Shown piece after piece: positions 8,876 through 18,754 of a DNA stretch of 64,000 nucleotides. How positions within the stretch are numbered: position 1 is the first letter of the stretch; every line of letters starts with the position of its first letter. Made by a program: the position numbers and the translations under genes. Source of the stretch: a virus; the IMG/VR virus record IMGVR_UViG_3300033153_004214, positions 1 through 64,000 of that record; one strand, written 5' to 3'. The notes below the pieces were generated by a model, which was not told where the DNA came from, searched no databases, and saw only the letters and a program-made list of their open reading frames with translations.

Positions 8876-10879
8876 ATGCCAGATAACAGTGAGACCCTGA
8901 CCTTTGTCTTTAAGGCACAGGATGATCTGACGAAGACCCTAGCGAAGCAACAGAAGGGTCTCTCGGCAACGACCTCTGCCTACTTGAAGTTCGGAGAAAG
9001 TCTTCGGACTGTCAAGTATCCTGCTGACCAGTTTCAGGCGATCAGCAAGGTCTTGTCTCTAGTTGAGCGCGGCTCCAAGGTCTGGAACACTTTCTCTACT
9101 GAGTTTCAGAACAGCATGAAGGTGGTCACCGAGGGGCTATCTAACCAACAGCGGGGCATGGCTCTTTACCAGACGCAGATGGACACGCTTGAGCAGTCGA
9201 TTCAAGCGTACCGCACCATCGCAGAGCAGGATGTCGAACGTTCTGCTGAAGCTGCAAACGCGCTCGCTCTGTTGGTCACTGAACGGCAGAAGCTTATCGA
9301 TCAGGGGCCGCAGGACATCGTCTCCGGGGCTGAGAAGGCTGCTGCCGAGTACGCCATGGCGACGAAATCCCTCAAGGGCTTCCAAGATACGCAGAAGCAG
9401 GGCGTTGCGGGCAACACTAAGTTCATACAGACCCTTGACCGGCTTGCGGATGTGTTGGAGAGGATCGAAGGAGCCGGTACAGGCGCTGCTAAGGCTGTCA
9501 CAGCCGCCACAGGGGCCGTTGCGAAGGCTCCGGCGGAGGCAGGGGCCGCTGCGCCAGCAGAACGCGCACGGCAAGCCTATGTGGCTGGTGAGCAGCGCAG
9601 GGCGGAGGGTCGAGCGACGGGCGGAAGGTCTCCTGCTGACCAGTTGGCTGAGGCATTTGCCAAGTTCAAGCCGGTGGAGAAGTATCGTCAGTGGGCTAAA
9701 CTGATGGACGAGCTTGGCCCAAAAGCGGCTGCGGCTTTGATGGGCGGCATTGACGAGATCAAGCCTACGTTGTCGGCTGCTGTCGTGAGCACCATACTTA
9801 AGCCCATCGAGAAGGCAGGTGCTGTCGTCAAGGGCTGGAGCATCAGCATCAAGAAGTCTGTGGATGAATGGAAGGACGCATGGAAGGCCGGTGGCATAAC
9901 AGGCGTTGCTCGCAAGGTTATGACAGACGTGCTTCTCAGTGGGAGCAATGTTTTTGTTAAGACTGCCGTGAAGGGAATAAAAAAGGGTTTGTCTTTCTTG
10001 AAGAAGATCGGCGGGGCAATACTCGAACCCTTTAAGAGTGTTCTTAACATGACTCGAATATTGGAACCTGCGATGAAGATCATGGAACATGCACTTATCC
10101 CGCTTATTGTACCTTTGCAGGATATGTTCCAGCAGATTGCAACTGAGTTCTTTCCAATCATTCAACAATTGGTTCCTCTTGTAATGGAATTGGTGCAGGC
10201 GGCTCTTCCCCTTTTCCTCGATCTGTTCAAGGAGATCGCTCCCATAATCATCAGGATTGCGAAAGCCGTGTTGCCGGTGTTCATCAAGGTTCTGCAAGCA
10301 CTTATGCCGATTATTACTCAGGTAGCGAAAGTTATATTGAAGTTGGCAGAGGTTGTGTTGCCTATCCTGTTGTCCGTGTTGGAGGTATTGGTTCGTGGTA
10401 TCGGTTGGGTCTTCAACGCGATCAGTAGTATTGTGAAAGCCCTGACGTTTGGGTCTGTTGACTTGGGTAAGATTGCTACTGCTAAGGGGCCTGCCACTGA
10501 GCCAGCCGGTGGGGGTGGTGGAGGTGCCGCAGCAGCAGCAAAGGCTAGTGTAGCTTGGGGCGCAACTACACCTCTTGTTATGGATACCGATCTTACCGAT
10601 AAGGCTGTACCAACAGAGGGGGAACCTACCGCTTTTCGGAGCAGCAGAGATGCCAAGGTTGCTGCCGAGGTTGTTGCGAAAACGATCCCTCCTGCTATGC
10701 GGCGGGAGCCTACATCCGTTGACAAGAAGAAGGATTGGAAGGGCCAGCAGGAACTTGTGGTATCAGCAATCAAGGAGTTTCAGCAAATGATGGTTCGGTT
10801 GCTTGCTCAACAGGACAGGCGGTCAGCCGAGGCTCCTGAGATCGTGAATTTTGCGGGCTTTGCTCAGTATACGAGGTAA
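8876..10879 (+). CDS. Tail tape measure protein
   Basis: This 667-aa protein is mostly alpha-helical and low in complexity. It has a long hydrophobic central block (ILEPAMKIMEHALIPLIVPL...VLPILLSVLEVLV) and a Gly/Ala run, and it follows the chaperone pair. Confidence 0.8.
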   Translation: MPDNSETLTFVFKAQDDLTKTLAKQQKGLSATTSAYLKFGESLRTVKYPADQFQAISKVLSLVERGSKVWNTFSTEFQNSMKVVTEGLSNQQRGMALYQTQMDTLEQSIQAYRTIAEQDVERSAEAANALALLVTERQKLIDQGPQDIVSGAEKAAAEYAMATKSLKGFQDTQKQGVAGNTKFIQTLDRLADVLERIEGAGTGAAKAVTAATGAVAKAPAEAGAAAPAERARQAYVAGEQRRAEGRATGGRSPADQLAEAFAKFKPVEKYRQWAKLMDELGPKAAAALMGGIDEIKPTLSAAVVSTILKPIEKAGAVVKGWSISIKKSVDEWKDAWKAGGITGVARKVMTDVLLSGSNVFVKTAVKGIKKGLSFLKKIGGAILEPFKSVLNMTRILEPAMKIMEHALIPLIVPLQDMFQQIATEFFPIIQQLVPLVMELVQAALPLFLDLFKEIAPIIIRIAKAVLPVFIKVLQALMPIITQVAKVILKLAEVVLPILLSVLEVLVRGIGWVFNAISSIVKALTFGSVDLGKIATAKGPATEPAGGGGGGAAAAAKASVAWGATTPLVMDTDLTDKAVPTEGEPTAFRSSRDAKVAAEVVAKTIPPAMRREPTSVDKKKDWKGQQELVVSAIKEFQQMMVRLLAQQDRRSAEAPEIVNFAGFAQYTR

Positions 10880-10882
10880 TAT

Positions 10883-11410
10883 ATGGGCCAGTCAAAGAAT
10901 GCCATAATGCAGATTACTGGAGAAGGCATAAGCCTTCGGTTTCTTTTGCCCGAAGAGTTGAGCCAGCTTTATGCCTATTCCAATGATTACCAGTCCACAC
11001 AGCTTCAGAAGCAGTCAAACATGCTGGCGAATATACGGAATGGTGTTCCACAGTTTATCTGGGACCACGGTGTTGACGATGCTGTAAACATTGTTCTTAA
11101 TCTTAGTGTCGGCGCGAGTGTCGAGATCGAGGACCCTGATGACCTTGTTGAGGTAACTCAGAAATTGGTCCGGTTGGCTTATGCGCGGCCCGGGCAGGGT
11201 AGAGCAGGTATGGAGTTGCCCGGTCTTATTACCATTCAAGTAGGTAAGTGGTTTCAACGTAAGGCTGTTGTATTATCAGTTCGTGTGGACTTCAAGAAGC
11301 CATATGATTTGGATAGTGGTAAGCCATACAATGCAACTGTTAATATGCAGGTTCAGTATTTGTACCGCGATATGCCGAATAACGGCAGTTTTGTGTGGGA
11401 GACAGGATAA
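10883..11410 (+). CDS. Tube-like or baseplate tube-initiator-like protein
   Basis: The N-terminal ISLRFLLPEELSQLYAYSNDYQ resembles the F-x-F-N-P-E motif of contractile-injection tube-fold proteins. It lies between the tape measure and gpX-like genes. Confidence 0.4.
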   Translation: MGQSKNAIMQITGEGISLRFLLPEELSQLYAYSNDYQSTQLQKQSNMLANIRNGVPQFIWDHGVDDAVNIVLNLSVGASVEIEDPDDLVEVTQKLVRLAYARPGQGRAGMELPGLITIQVGKWFQRKAVVLSVRVDFKKPYDLDSGKPYNATVNMQVQYLYRDMPNNGSFVWETG

Positions 11411-11769
11411 TGGCGAATCGTAATAGGGCGGATGCTTACCTGCGTGTGGATCGGGGTGAGCAGGACCGCTACCGGCTCACTCGGGTGCATCTCGACACGA
11501 CGATTAAGCCGGGTACCCAGAGGTACAGTGTGTGGGTCCCTCCTGTTGTGGAGGTTTCGGAGTTTGATGAGCGCCATACTGTTACTTCTAAGGATATTGG
11601 TCATTTGGACCTTATTGCGTACCAGTATTATCAAATTGAAGAGTATTGGTTTGCTATTGCGTATGCCAACCAGATCAGGAACCCGATCACGGATATGTTC
11701 GTAGGCCAGCAGTTGGTCATTCCTTCGTTGCAGGCAGTGACTGATGCGTTAACGGCGGTGAGAACCTAA
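11410..11769 (+). CDS. LysM-like tail protein (P2 gpX-like)
   Basis: Contains HTVTSKDIGHLDLIAYQYYQIEEYWFAIAYANQIRNPITDMFVGQQLVIPS, a LysM-like fold motif. ATG 11410 overlaps the upstream TAA. Confidence 0.6.
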   Translation: MANRNRADAYLRVDRGEQDRYRLTRVHLDTTIKPGTQRYSVWVPPVVEVSEFDERHTVTSKDIGHLDLIAYQYYQIEEYWFAIAYANQIRNPITDMFVGQQLVIPSLQAVTDALTAVRT

Positions 11770-12863
11770 TGCCAGAAGCAGTAGTTTTTGAGTTGAAGGT
11801 CAACGGACAGGATAAGGCCATTGACGGTGGCCGTCTTCGTCGTTTTCAGTACCAGCAGAGCACTGTTGGTTCTGGGTCCTTTACACTTGAGGTTGAGGAC
11901 GCTGATTGGGCTTATTGGGACGCAGTGTACGACCCAGAGACCGAACTTGAGATGCGGTGGGGCTTGAAAGGTTCAGACAGGCCGCAGTGGTCTAAATGGC
12001 ACACGATGCTTGTGCATGATGTGAATAGTCATTTTGTGAAAGGTAATGTAGTGGTCCGTATATCTGGAATGGATAGGTGCTATCTCCTGAATACAAATTG
12101 TTCAAAGAAGATATTCAAGAATAAGCTCGTATCCGAAATTGTGGAGGAATTAGTTGGTTCTTCTGGTTTGGAATTTGATGTGGAGAAGACCAAGGATAAG
12201 TTTTGGCTCACTCAAGGCACTTTGACTGATGCACAGTTCATTCGTTTGGTGTGCGCGGAGTACGCGTACTCTGGTAGTCGGTATGACTACCTTTTCTACA
12301 CGGAGGAGGGCAAGAGAGTCATTTTCCGGCCACCTGATCTTTCGGATATCCAAGGTGAGTATAATTTTCCCGGGATGCTCAATGGAGTATCTGCTAGAGG
12401 TCCTTTGAAATTGCACTATCGACCTCTGATGCTTACAAGTAATCTTGCCTATGGGACTGAGTTCCGCAAGTTTGATAGGATTGAGAAGAAGCCGGAGTTT
12501 TTCTTAGCTACCGAGGATACTGTGGATTACCAACCGTTGGATTCGGGAGGCCCTCCGGTCCCTACAGTTCCAGCGCATATCCAGCCGGTGGTTTGGTCTA
12601 CTGCGGATAAGTCTCTTTGTAAGGCGATATACTCGCAAACGCTCCGAGAGTTATGGGTTTTGGAATTTATTTCAACTTTTGCGCCAAAAATGGTGGTTGG
12701 AAAGATAGTTAAGGTTAATGTGAGTGGTCCCGGACCGGGCGATAAGAATCATGGTATGGCTGGGAAGTATATTCTTGGCGGGGTGACCCATTCTATTGAT
12801 TTCACAGCAGGTAAGGCTCATACACATTTGCTCCTCCAGAGGCGAACAGCAAGGATTGGTTAA
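11769..12863 (+). CDS. Baseplate hub / late control gene D-like tail protein (P2 gpD-like)
   Basis: Its size (364 aa) and position after the gpX-like gene and before the spike gene match the X-D-V order. The start overlaps the upstream stop (taATG). Confidence 0.55.
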   Translation: MPEAVVFELKVNGQDKAIDGGRLRRFQYQQSTVGSGSFTLEVEDADWAYWDAVYDPETELEMRWGLKGSDRPQWSKWHTMLVHDVNSHFVKGNVVVRISGMDRCYLLNTNCSKKIFKNKLVSEIVEELVGSSGLEFDVEKTKDKFWLTQGTLTDAQFIRLVCAEYAYSGSRYDYLFYTEEGKRVIFRPPDLSDIQGEYNFPGMLNGVSARGPLKLHYRPLMLTSNLAYGTEFRKFDRIEKKPEFFLATEDTVDYQPLDSGGPPVPTVPAHIQPVVWSTADKSLCKAIYSQTLRELWVLEFISTFAPKMVVGKIVKVNVSGPGPGDKNHGMAGKYILGGVTHSIDFTAGKAHTHLLLQRRTARIG

Positions 12864-13666
12864 TGTCAGAGCAATCAATGGGAGTCAATTCCTTGTTTCC
12901 GAGCCGCGCTCCTGTACCGATGTTGGATGTGATAGGTCCATATGCAGGGAAGGTTTTGGCGGTGGATGATAGTGAAGATGAGGATGGCCCTCTGGGGCGC
13001 ATCAAGGTGTGGGTGCCCCAGCTTCATGGTGAAGAATATGAGGATAAGGCTGAGGACATCCCTTGGGCACGTCCTCTTGGTTTCGCCAACCCGGGTAAGG
13101 GAGAAGACGGCGTCAAACGAGGAACGTTCTTTGTTCCTCTCAAGCAGATGTGGACCTATGTTTTTTTCGAGGGTGGTTCAATCGATTACCCTGTCTACCT
13201 CGGGGGCTGGTTTGGGAAGCCGGAGGGTACGCCGGAGATTCCTGAGGAATTCTTGGAGAGCGACTATGGTGCTCAGTATCCAGAGATTCCCGGTATGGTC
13301 TTTCCTCCGTTCAGCTTGCAACTGCATGGTCTAGAGACGCCGCAGGCAGCGACTCTGAAGTGGGGTGATGACTTACTCATAGAGATTGACACCACCCCGT
13401 GGAAGAACGATGATCCGACTGTTGCGATTAAGATCGATAATGAGGATTGGAAGTTTTTGCTCAAGTCAAAGGGTGATATCACTATTGAGACGGAGAAGAC
13501 TCTCACCCTGAAAGCGAAGGAACTCATAGCTGAGGTCGAGGAGAAGATCGAAGCTGAGGTGACAGATGGTACCTCAGTCATTAAGACGACAGGCGACAAC
13601 AAGCTCCAGTCTGAGTCGCGCATCGTTGGAGAAGCAGAGCACGCAACTGGTTTTGAGAATCACTAG
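12863..13666 (+). CDS. Baseplate central spike (gpV / gp5 / VgrG-like OB-fold)
   Basis: Contains GKVLAVDDSEDEDGPLGRIKVWVPQLHGEE..IPWARPLGFANPG, which is typical of gpV/gp5 N-terminal domains. The C-terminal part is beta-rich. Confidence 0.65.
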   Translation: MSEQSMGVNSLFPSRAPVPMLDVIGPYAGKVLAVDDSEDEDGPLGRIKVWVPQLHGEEYEDKAEDIPWARPLGFANPGKGEDGVKRGTFFVPLKQMWTYVFFEGGSIDYPVYLGGWFGKPEGTPEIPEEFLESDYGAQYPEIPGMVFPPFSLQLHGLETPQAATLKWGDDLLIEIDTTPWKNDDPTVAIKIDNEDWKFLLKSKGDITIETEKTLTLKAKELIAEVEEKIEAEVTDGTSVIKTTGDNKLQSESRIVGEAEHATGFENH

Positions 13667-13674
13667 GGGGCTAG

Positions 13675-14076
13675 ATGGCTAGTTATCAGTACCGGGGGAC
13701 TTCATTTCCTTGGGACGGCACCCTTGCTCATTTCATTGAGATCAAGGATGACCATGATATTCTTAGAACATCCTTGTTGATGATTTTGATGACTCGCAGA
13801 GGTGAACGTGTTATGCTTAGAGACTTTGGGTCTTTGCTCCATGAAAAACCATTTGAGCCGAACGATGTGACTCTAGCTCAGGACCTTATTTCAGAGCTTA
13901 GAGATGAAGTACAGAAGTGGGATGATCGTATTGGTATCAAGTCCTTAGATATCCAAGCCGTAGACAACATGCTCCAAGCGCGGGTTATCTATTACAATGC
14001 TAAGGACCCGTTGCAGGTCAGGCAGGAACTTGAATCGTATATTGAAATAGGTGCGCAGGACATTACCATAGCGTAG
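13675..14076 (+). CDS. Baseplate wedge protein gpW/gp25-like
   Basis: Contains DHDILRTSLLMILMTRRGERVMLRDFGSLLHEKPFEPND...ELRDEVQKWDDRI, which matches the GPW_gp25 family pattern. Confidence 0.85.
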   Translation: MASYQYRGTSFPWDGTLAHFIEIKDDHDILRTSLLMILMTRRGERVMLRDFGSLLHEKPFEPNDVTLAQDLISELRDEVQKWDDRIGIKSLDIQAVDNMLQARVIYYNAKDPLQVRQELESYIEIGAQDITIA

Positions 14077-14086
14077 GAGGCGTCAC

Positions 14087-16114
14087 ATGGGTGAGATTGC
14101 TGAAGCAACAAATGCTCTTCCGGTGATCGACTACGGCCGGAAAGACTTCCAATCGATCAAGGAGGCTTTACTTGATCTCCTCAAGCAGAGGTTCCCGAAC
14201 ACGTGGCGTGACTTCTATGAGTCGCAGATGGGTATGGCGTGGCTCGAACTCATTGCTTACTCCTTCGACAATCTGAGTTTCTATCTCGACTATCAGGCAA
14301 ATGAGTCCTACCTGCCGACAGCCCAAGACCGTGAGAATGTCGTCAAGCTTTTGAAGCTGGTTGGTTACAACCTGCGTGGTGCGACGGCGGCTTCGGTACA
14401 ATGCCTTCTCACGTTGGGCGCTGCCGAGCTTGATGATGTCATCATTCCTGCGGGCACCGCGCTCAACTCCACCAGTGGTCTGGTCTTTGAGTTCCTGACT
14501 GAGGCTCGGATTGCTGCTGGCTCGTTGACTGGGGAAGCTGTTATCACCGAGGGGGAGACCAAGAATGAGGTCTTCGTGTCTGACGGCACGAAGTACCAGA
14601 GATTCACGCTGAGCAACAAGCCTATCATCAATGACTCCGTGGTTGTAACTGTCAATGGTGTCGAGTGGGAGATTGTGGATTCAGTTGTCTACGGCGACTC
14701 AACCTCTCAGGTGTGCGCAGCCTCCTTTGATGTTGACGTGGATGGTGTCGATGTCGCCATCGTGGAGTTTGGTGACGGTGTTTCCGGTGCGATTCCACCG
14801 AATGGTGCGACTATCAACGTCACGGCTCGTGTCGGCGGTGGTGTCGCGGGTAACGTGGCCTTGAACAATATCAACGAGCAGGTGCAAGGCCAGCTTGACG
14901 GTGTCCTTCCTGTCACCCCAGTGCAGGTTGCCGTGACCAATCCAATCTACCGGGGCACCGGGGGCGAAGAGCGTGAGAGCATTGAACACGCGAAGTACTG
15001 GGGGCCTCAGTGGGTGCGGACTAATGGTCGAGCAGTCACTGAGAATGACTTTGATACACTGGCTTCCCTGTTCAGCGATCCTACTTACGGTGCTGTGGCC
15101 TATGCAAAGGCAAAGCTGCGACAGGAGATTCCTGAGCTTAACACAGTCGATCTCTACGTTTGGTCGAGGAATTCTCAGGGGAATCCTGTTCCTGCGTCAG
15201 CGAGTCTGAAGGCGGCTCTTCAGGCTTACTTTGACAACGATGGTGCCGGTTCCGTTCGTATCATCTGTGTGGATACTGAGGTGCAGGACGGCGTCAACTT
15301 CTATCTTGATATCTCTATTCGTGCAATGCCTGAAGCAAGGACAGTTTCCACGGATATGATAGCTAACATTCGGGAGGCTGTGGAGGCTCTCTTCGGTAGT
15401 TCCTTGGTTCTTCCCGGTGAGGACTTCCGCATCTCACACCTTTACCATGCAATACAGGATGCGGCGGGCGTGGACTACGTCATCATCGAGGAGATTGTTG
15501 CGGGTGTCCAGTGCACCCTGTCTCTTGGCGCAGGTGATGATGCTACGAAGGATTACTCGGGTACGTTGACGAAGCTACCAGTCATCCCGTCTACTGTCAC
15601 GATAACGGCTGGTGACCAATCCGTAGCAGATGACGGGTTGGGTACACTTGTAGGTGACGGTTCGGGTACCATCGACTACGACACGGGTGCTCTTTCTGTG
15701 ACATTCGATCAGAATGTCCCGAGTGGGGCTTCAGTCGTTGCGAGCTACCGACAGCTGCAGCAGTTTCAGCGGGGCGAACAAGAAGCTATAGGAGACGGCA
15801 ATACCGCGAGGTACCGCAGGAACGTGAAGTATCCTCCTGTTGTGCCCGGGTCCTTCGCGCTTGCATCAGGAGATATGGTTGTTGTTGATGACGGAGATGG
15901 CAACCTCATTGGGGATGTATACACTGATGGCAAGAACACCATTGATTATGATACAGGGGCCTACGACGTTCAGTTTGCTTCGCCCCCCGGGAACCAAGTT
16001 GCCATCAGTAGCACCTATCGTCAGTATTTGAAGGTGAATGCTGGTGACATCCCAGTTGAGAAGGACCAGTTGGCTGTCTTGGGGAATCTGACAATCCAAT
16101 CCATGGAGAGCTAA
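14087..16114 (+). CDS. Baseplate J-like protein (gpJ / gp6-like)
   Basis: It follows gpW directly. The N-terminal YGRKDFQSIKEALLDLLKQRFPNTWRDFYESQMGMAWLELIAYSFDNLSFYLDYQANE is typical of the Baseplate_J family. Confidence 0.8.
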   Translation: MGEIAEATNALPVIDYGRKDFQSIKEALLDLLKQRFPNTWRDFYESQMGMAWLELIAYSFDNLSFYLDYQANESYLPTAQDRENVVKLLKLVGYNLRGATAASVQCLLTLGAAELDDVIIPAGTALNSTSGLVFEFLTEARIAAGSLTGEAVITEGETKNEVFVSDGTKYQRFTLSNKPIINDSVVVTVNGVEWEIVDSVVYGDSTSQVCAASFDVDVDGVDVAIVEFGDGVSGAIPPNGATINVTARVGGGVAGNVALNNINEQVQGQLDGVLPVTPVQVAVTNPIYRGTGGEERESIEHAKYWGPQWVRTNGRAVTENDFDTLASLFSDPTYGAVAYAKAKLRQEIPELNTVDLYVWSRNSQGNPVPASASLKAALQAYFDNDGAGSVRIICVDTEVQDGVNFYLDISIRAMPEARTVSTDMIANIREAVEALFGSSLVLPGEDFRISHLYHAIQDAAGVDYVIIEEIVAGVQCTLSLGAGDDATKDYSGTLTKLPVIPSTVTITAGDQSVADDGLGTLVGDGSGTIDYDTGALSVTFDQNVPSGASVVASYRQLQQFQRGEQEAIGDGNTARYRRNVKYPPVVPGSFALASGDMVVVDDGDGNLIGDVYTDGKNTIDYDTGAYDVQFASPPGNQVAISSTYRQYLKVNAGDIPVEKDQLAVLGNLTIQSMES

Positions 16115-18274
16115 ATGGCCATTTTCAGAAATACAGGTGTAGACCCTGCAGATATTCCTGATCAAACCTCTGTCCCCGGTGAGCCGGGGGTGGTGGTGCG
16201 CGTTGGCCCCCCGGGTCCTCAAGGTCCTGAAGGTCCCCAAGGTGAACGGGGTCCGATGGGTGCGGATGGGCCACAAGGTATTCAAGGTCTTCAGGGTGCC
16301 ACCGGTGCTACCGGTGCCACTGGGGCCAAAGGTGATCAGGGTGATGCTGGGCCGGGCCAGCCATGGCAGATACTTGATCCAGCAAGTGCTCTCACCGTTG
16401 AAGAGGCACTTGCTGGTGCTGTAGCTGGAGACATCTTCTACCTCCCTGCTGGGACTTATCAGCTTGGGACCTTTGATTTGTCTGTATCGAATATTCGTGT
16501 GGTGGGAACTCCCGGAGCCATCATAGAGATTCCTACTAATGACTATCTAAGTATCACTGGTCATAATGTGCGTTTTGAGAACTTGACATTCAAGTTCACT
16601 GCTGCCGCAACGCCTTCTTACTCAATCACATTGGGTGGCTACGAGAATGTTCTTGATCGGTGTGTCTTTGAGAAAGGTTCGACTACCTACGCCCCAAAGA
16701 CCTTGTTCCGTTTTGCGGATGCTTCGTGGGGCAATTCTGTTACGAATTGCAACATCTATCAAGTGAACAATCCAACGGTTGTCTGTACTCTGTTTGACTT
16801 TGGTGTTTCTGATAATACATCTGGCCACCAGGTGGCCAACAATCATATCGAAGGGGCAGGTCCTAACTACACTGTTACTTTGACAGTATTTAAGATGACA
16901 CAGAGTGCCGGTACCAGTTATGGTACTATCATTGAGGGTAACCATATTGTTGTTCAAGATGACCGGACTATTGGGTTGGTTCCTTTCACTGGTGTTACTT
17001 TCAACGGCAACACATGGGATGCTTCTAATCTCGGTGTACCAACTATCTTCACGAAGTTTATTGATTTTCCGGATACCGCTGTCAGCAATGTTCGCATTGA
17101 AGGAAATTATGCACAGAACTGTCGTTTCTTCATCACTGGTAGCATGAACGCATGGTCTTCTGTAGTTATTATTGGTAATACTATGGAAGGTTACGACCAA
17201 GGCTCACATTTCTTCTCCGTTACTATGACTGCTGGTTCGGAGAATATTTCGATTGTTGGTAACGTAGCCCATGGTCTGTATGGTGACGGCATTTCTCTTA
17301 ATCTTGGCAGTAGTGCTTACATTTTGGAAAGTTTTGTAATCTCGGGCAACTCAATGGATGCTATTGGGTTGGTCACAACTACTGGTATCAAGTTGTACTA
17401 TACTAGTGCAACCTTGAGGAATGTTTCGATAACGGGTAACACACTATACGGCTTCCCTGTGGGTATAGACGTAGATGATCAGTCAGTTACTATTCATAGA
17501 GTTGGTCTTTCTATCGTAGGTAACTCTTGTTACGACTGTGGTACCCACTGCCTTCGTCTAACAAATTGTTCTTGTGCTACGGTTACCGGTAACATATTTG
17601 AGGGAGATGGAAGCACTTACGGTATGTTACTTGATGGTGTGACGCAGTGTACTTTCATTGGTAATACGATAGACCACTGCGGTTCTACAGGTATTGATGT
17701 TGGTGGTGGGGACGCTGAAGAGTGCGTATTCATTGGTAACGTGGGTGGTCCGAATCAAACTTTTCTGGTTGTCAATTGGGCACCTCTTAAGAATAAGAAT
17801 CTTTGGTGGGATAATGGCACTGAGGGACCTGCCCAACACCATAAACTTAGGACGAGTGGCTTAAGCAGTGATACAAACAGTAATGCTTGGAAGGACGATA
17901 CTGTCCTTCGTTTCTGGGCGTGGGCTGGAGAGTACTGGGAGTTTGAATTCAATGTATTTGCTGTTATGGTTGGTGGTGGCGTTTCAGGACAGCAGTTTTC
18001 CATTAACGGCCCTGCTATCACCAATGTGAAATTTCAAACTCGTGTCGAGGATACGGCTCCTAGAAGCTTGGGTGTGTTCACCGCGTTGCGTGGTGCGACC
18101 TCTGCTTTTAGTACAGATACGACAAATCTCCATGTTAGGATAAAGGGTTACATCCAAGTAAGTACATCTGGGTATGTGTCTTTGAGCTTTCGAACACCGT
18201 CCGCTGGGGTTGGTGAGTATGTAACTGTAAATCCGGGTTCTAATGTGGCTGCGAGGCGCGGTTTTACAGGATAG
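16115..18274 (+). CDS. Tail fibre with collagen-like G-X-Y repeats and a right-handed beta-helix domain
   Basis: Contains [51 protein letters not shown], followed by many beta-helix rungs ([63 protein letters not shown]). Confidence 0.75.
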   Translation: MAIFRNTGVDPADIPDQTSVPGEPGVVVRVGPPGPQGPEGPQGERGPMGADGPQGIQGLQGATGATGATGAKGDQGDAGPGQPWQILDPASALTVEEALAGAVAGDIFYLPAGTYQLGTFDLSVSNIRVVGTPGAIIEIPTNDYLSITGHNVRFENLTFKFTAAATPSYSITLGGYENVLDRCVFEKGSTTYAPKTLFRFADASWGNSVTNCNIYQVNNPTVVCTLFDFGVSDNTSGHQVANNHIEGAGPNYTVTLTVFKMTQSAGTSYGTIIEGNHIVVQDDRTIGLVPFTGVTFNGNTWDASNLGVPTIFTKFIDFPDTAVSNVRIEGNYAQNCRFFITGSMNAWSSVVIIGNTMEGYDQGSHFFSVTMTAGSENISIVGNVAHGLYGDGISLNLGSSAYILESFVISGNSMDAIGLVTTTGIKLYYTSATLRNVSITGNTLYGFPVGIDVDDQSVTIHRVGLSIVGNSCYDCGTHCLRLTNCSCATVTGNIFEGDGSTYGMLLDGVTQCTFIGNTIDHCGSTGIDVGGGDAEECVFIGNVGGPNQTFLVVNWAPLKNKNLWWDNGTEGPAQHHKLRTSGLSSDTNSNAWKDDTVLRFWAWAGEYWEFEFNVFAVMVGGGVSGQQFSINGPAITNVKFQTRVEDTAPRSLGVFTALRGATSAFSTDTTNLHVRIKGYIQVSTSGYVSLSFRTPSAGVGEYVTVNPGSNVAARRGFTG

Positions 18275-18287
18275 AAAGGAAGTATTC

Positions 18288-18692
18288 ATGTCTGAATCAA
18301 AAATCAAGCAACGAATCATTCAGGTCCGAGAGTTTCCTGTCTTCTCCATGGAAAGTCTCAAGTGGATCATGGGTCTATTGACCTTTTTGGGTGTTGCGTT
18401 TGGGGTGCTATGGACATGGCAAGACAGGCAGGATGACGCTACAATGGCTGTGGGTAGGAAAGTCAATCATAACGCCACCATTCTGGAGGAGCACGTCAAG
18501 CAGTCTGAGAAGACTTTCGATGGTATCCACGAGACGCTCAAGGAGCAGAAACAGGTCACTGACAGAACCAAGGAAGCCTTGATAGGGGTTCAGAAGGAAT
18601 TGGAGTTCATACGGCGAAGCAACGGGCACAGCGGAGGACCCTTGGATTTGCCTCTTGTAGTCATACCGCCGGACGAACCGCTGAGTCAATGA
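18288..18692 (+). CDS. Small membrane-anchored coiled-coil protein
   Basis: ATG 18288 follows SD aaaggaag. It has one TM helix (WIMGLLTFLGVAFGVLWTW) and then a helical segment. Confidence 0.45.
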   Translation: MSESKIKQRIIQVREFPVFSMESLKWIMGLLTFLGVAFGVLWTWQDRQDDATMAVGRKVNHNATILEEHVKQSEKTFDGIHETLKEQKQVTDRTKEALIGVQKELEFIRRSNGHSGGPLDLPLVVIPPDEPLSQ

Positions 18693-18699
18693 TTTTGTC

Positions 18700-18728
18700 T
18701 TGACAGCGGGTATACGGTGCGGTAGTAT
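18700..18728 (+). promoter_or_regulatory. Sigma70-type promoter TTGACA-17-TAGTAT
   Basis: It lies in the 62-nt gap before the gene at 18755. The TTTTGTCTTGACA upstream context is shared with the other promoters in the window. Confidence 0.55.
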
Positions 18729-18754
18729 ACGCCGTATCGAAAGGCGATTAATTC

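Noticed and set aside
9137-10297. 386-aa minus-strand ORF inside the tape-measure gene.
   Set aside because: It is antisense to a well-supported tape measure ORF, has no SD or promoter, and its composition is the mirror of the Ala/Lys/Glu-rich sense strand.
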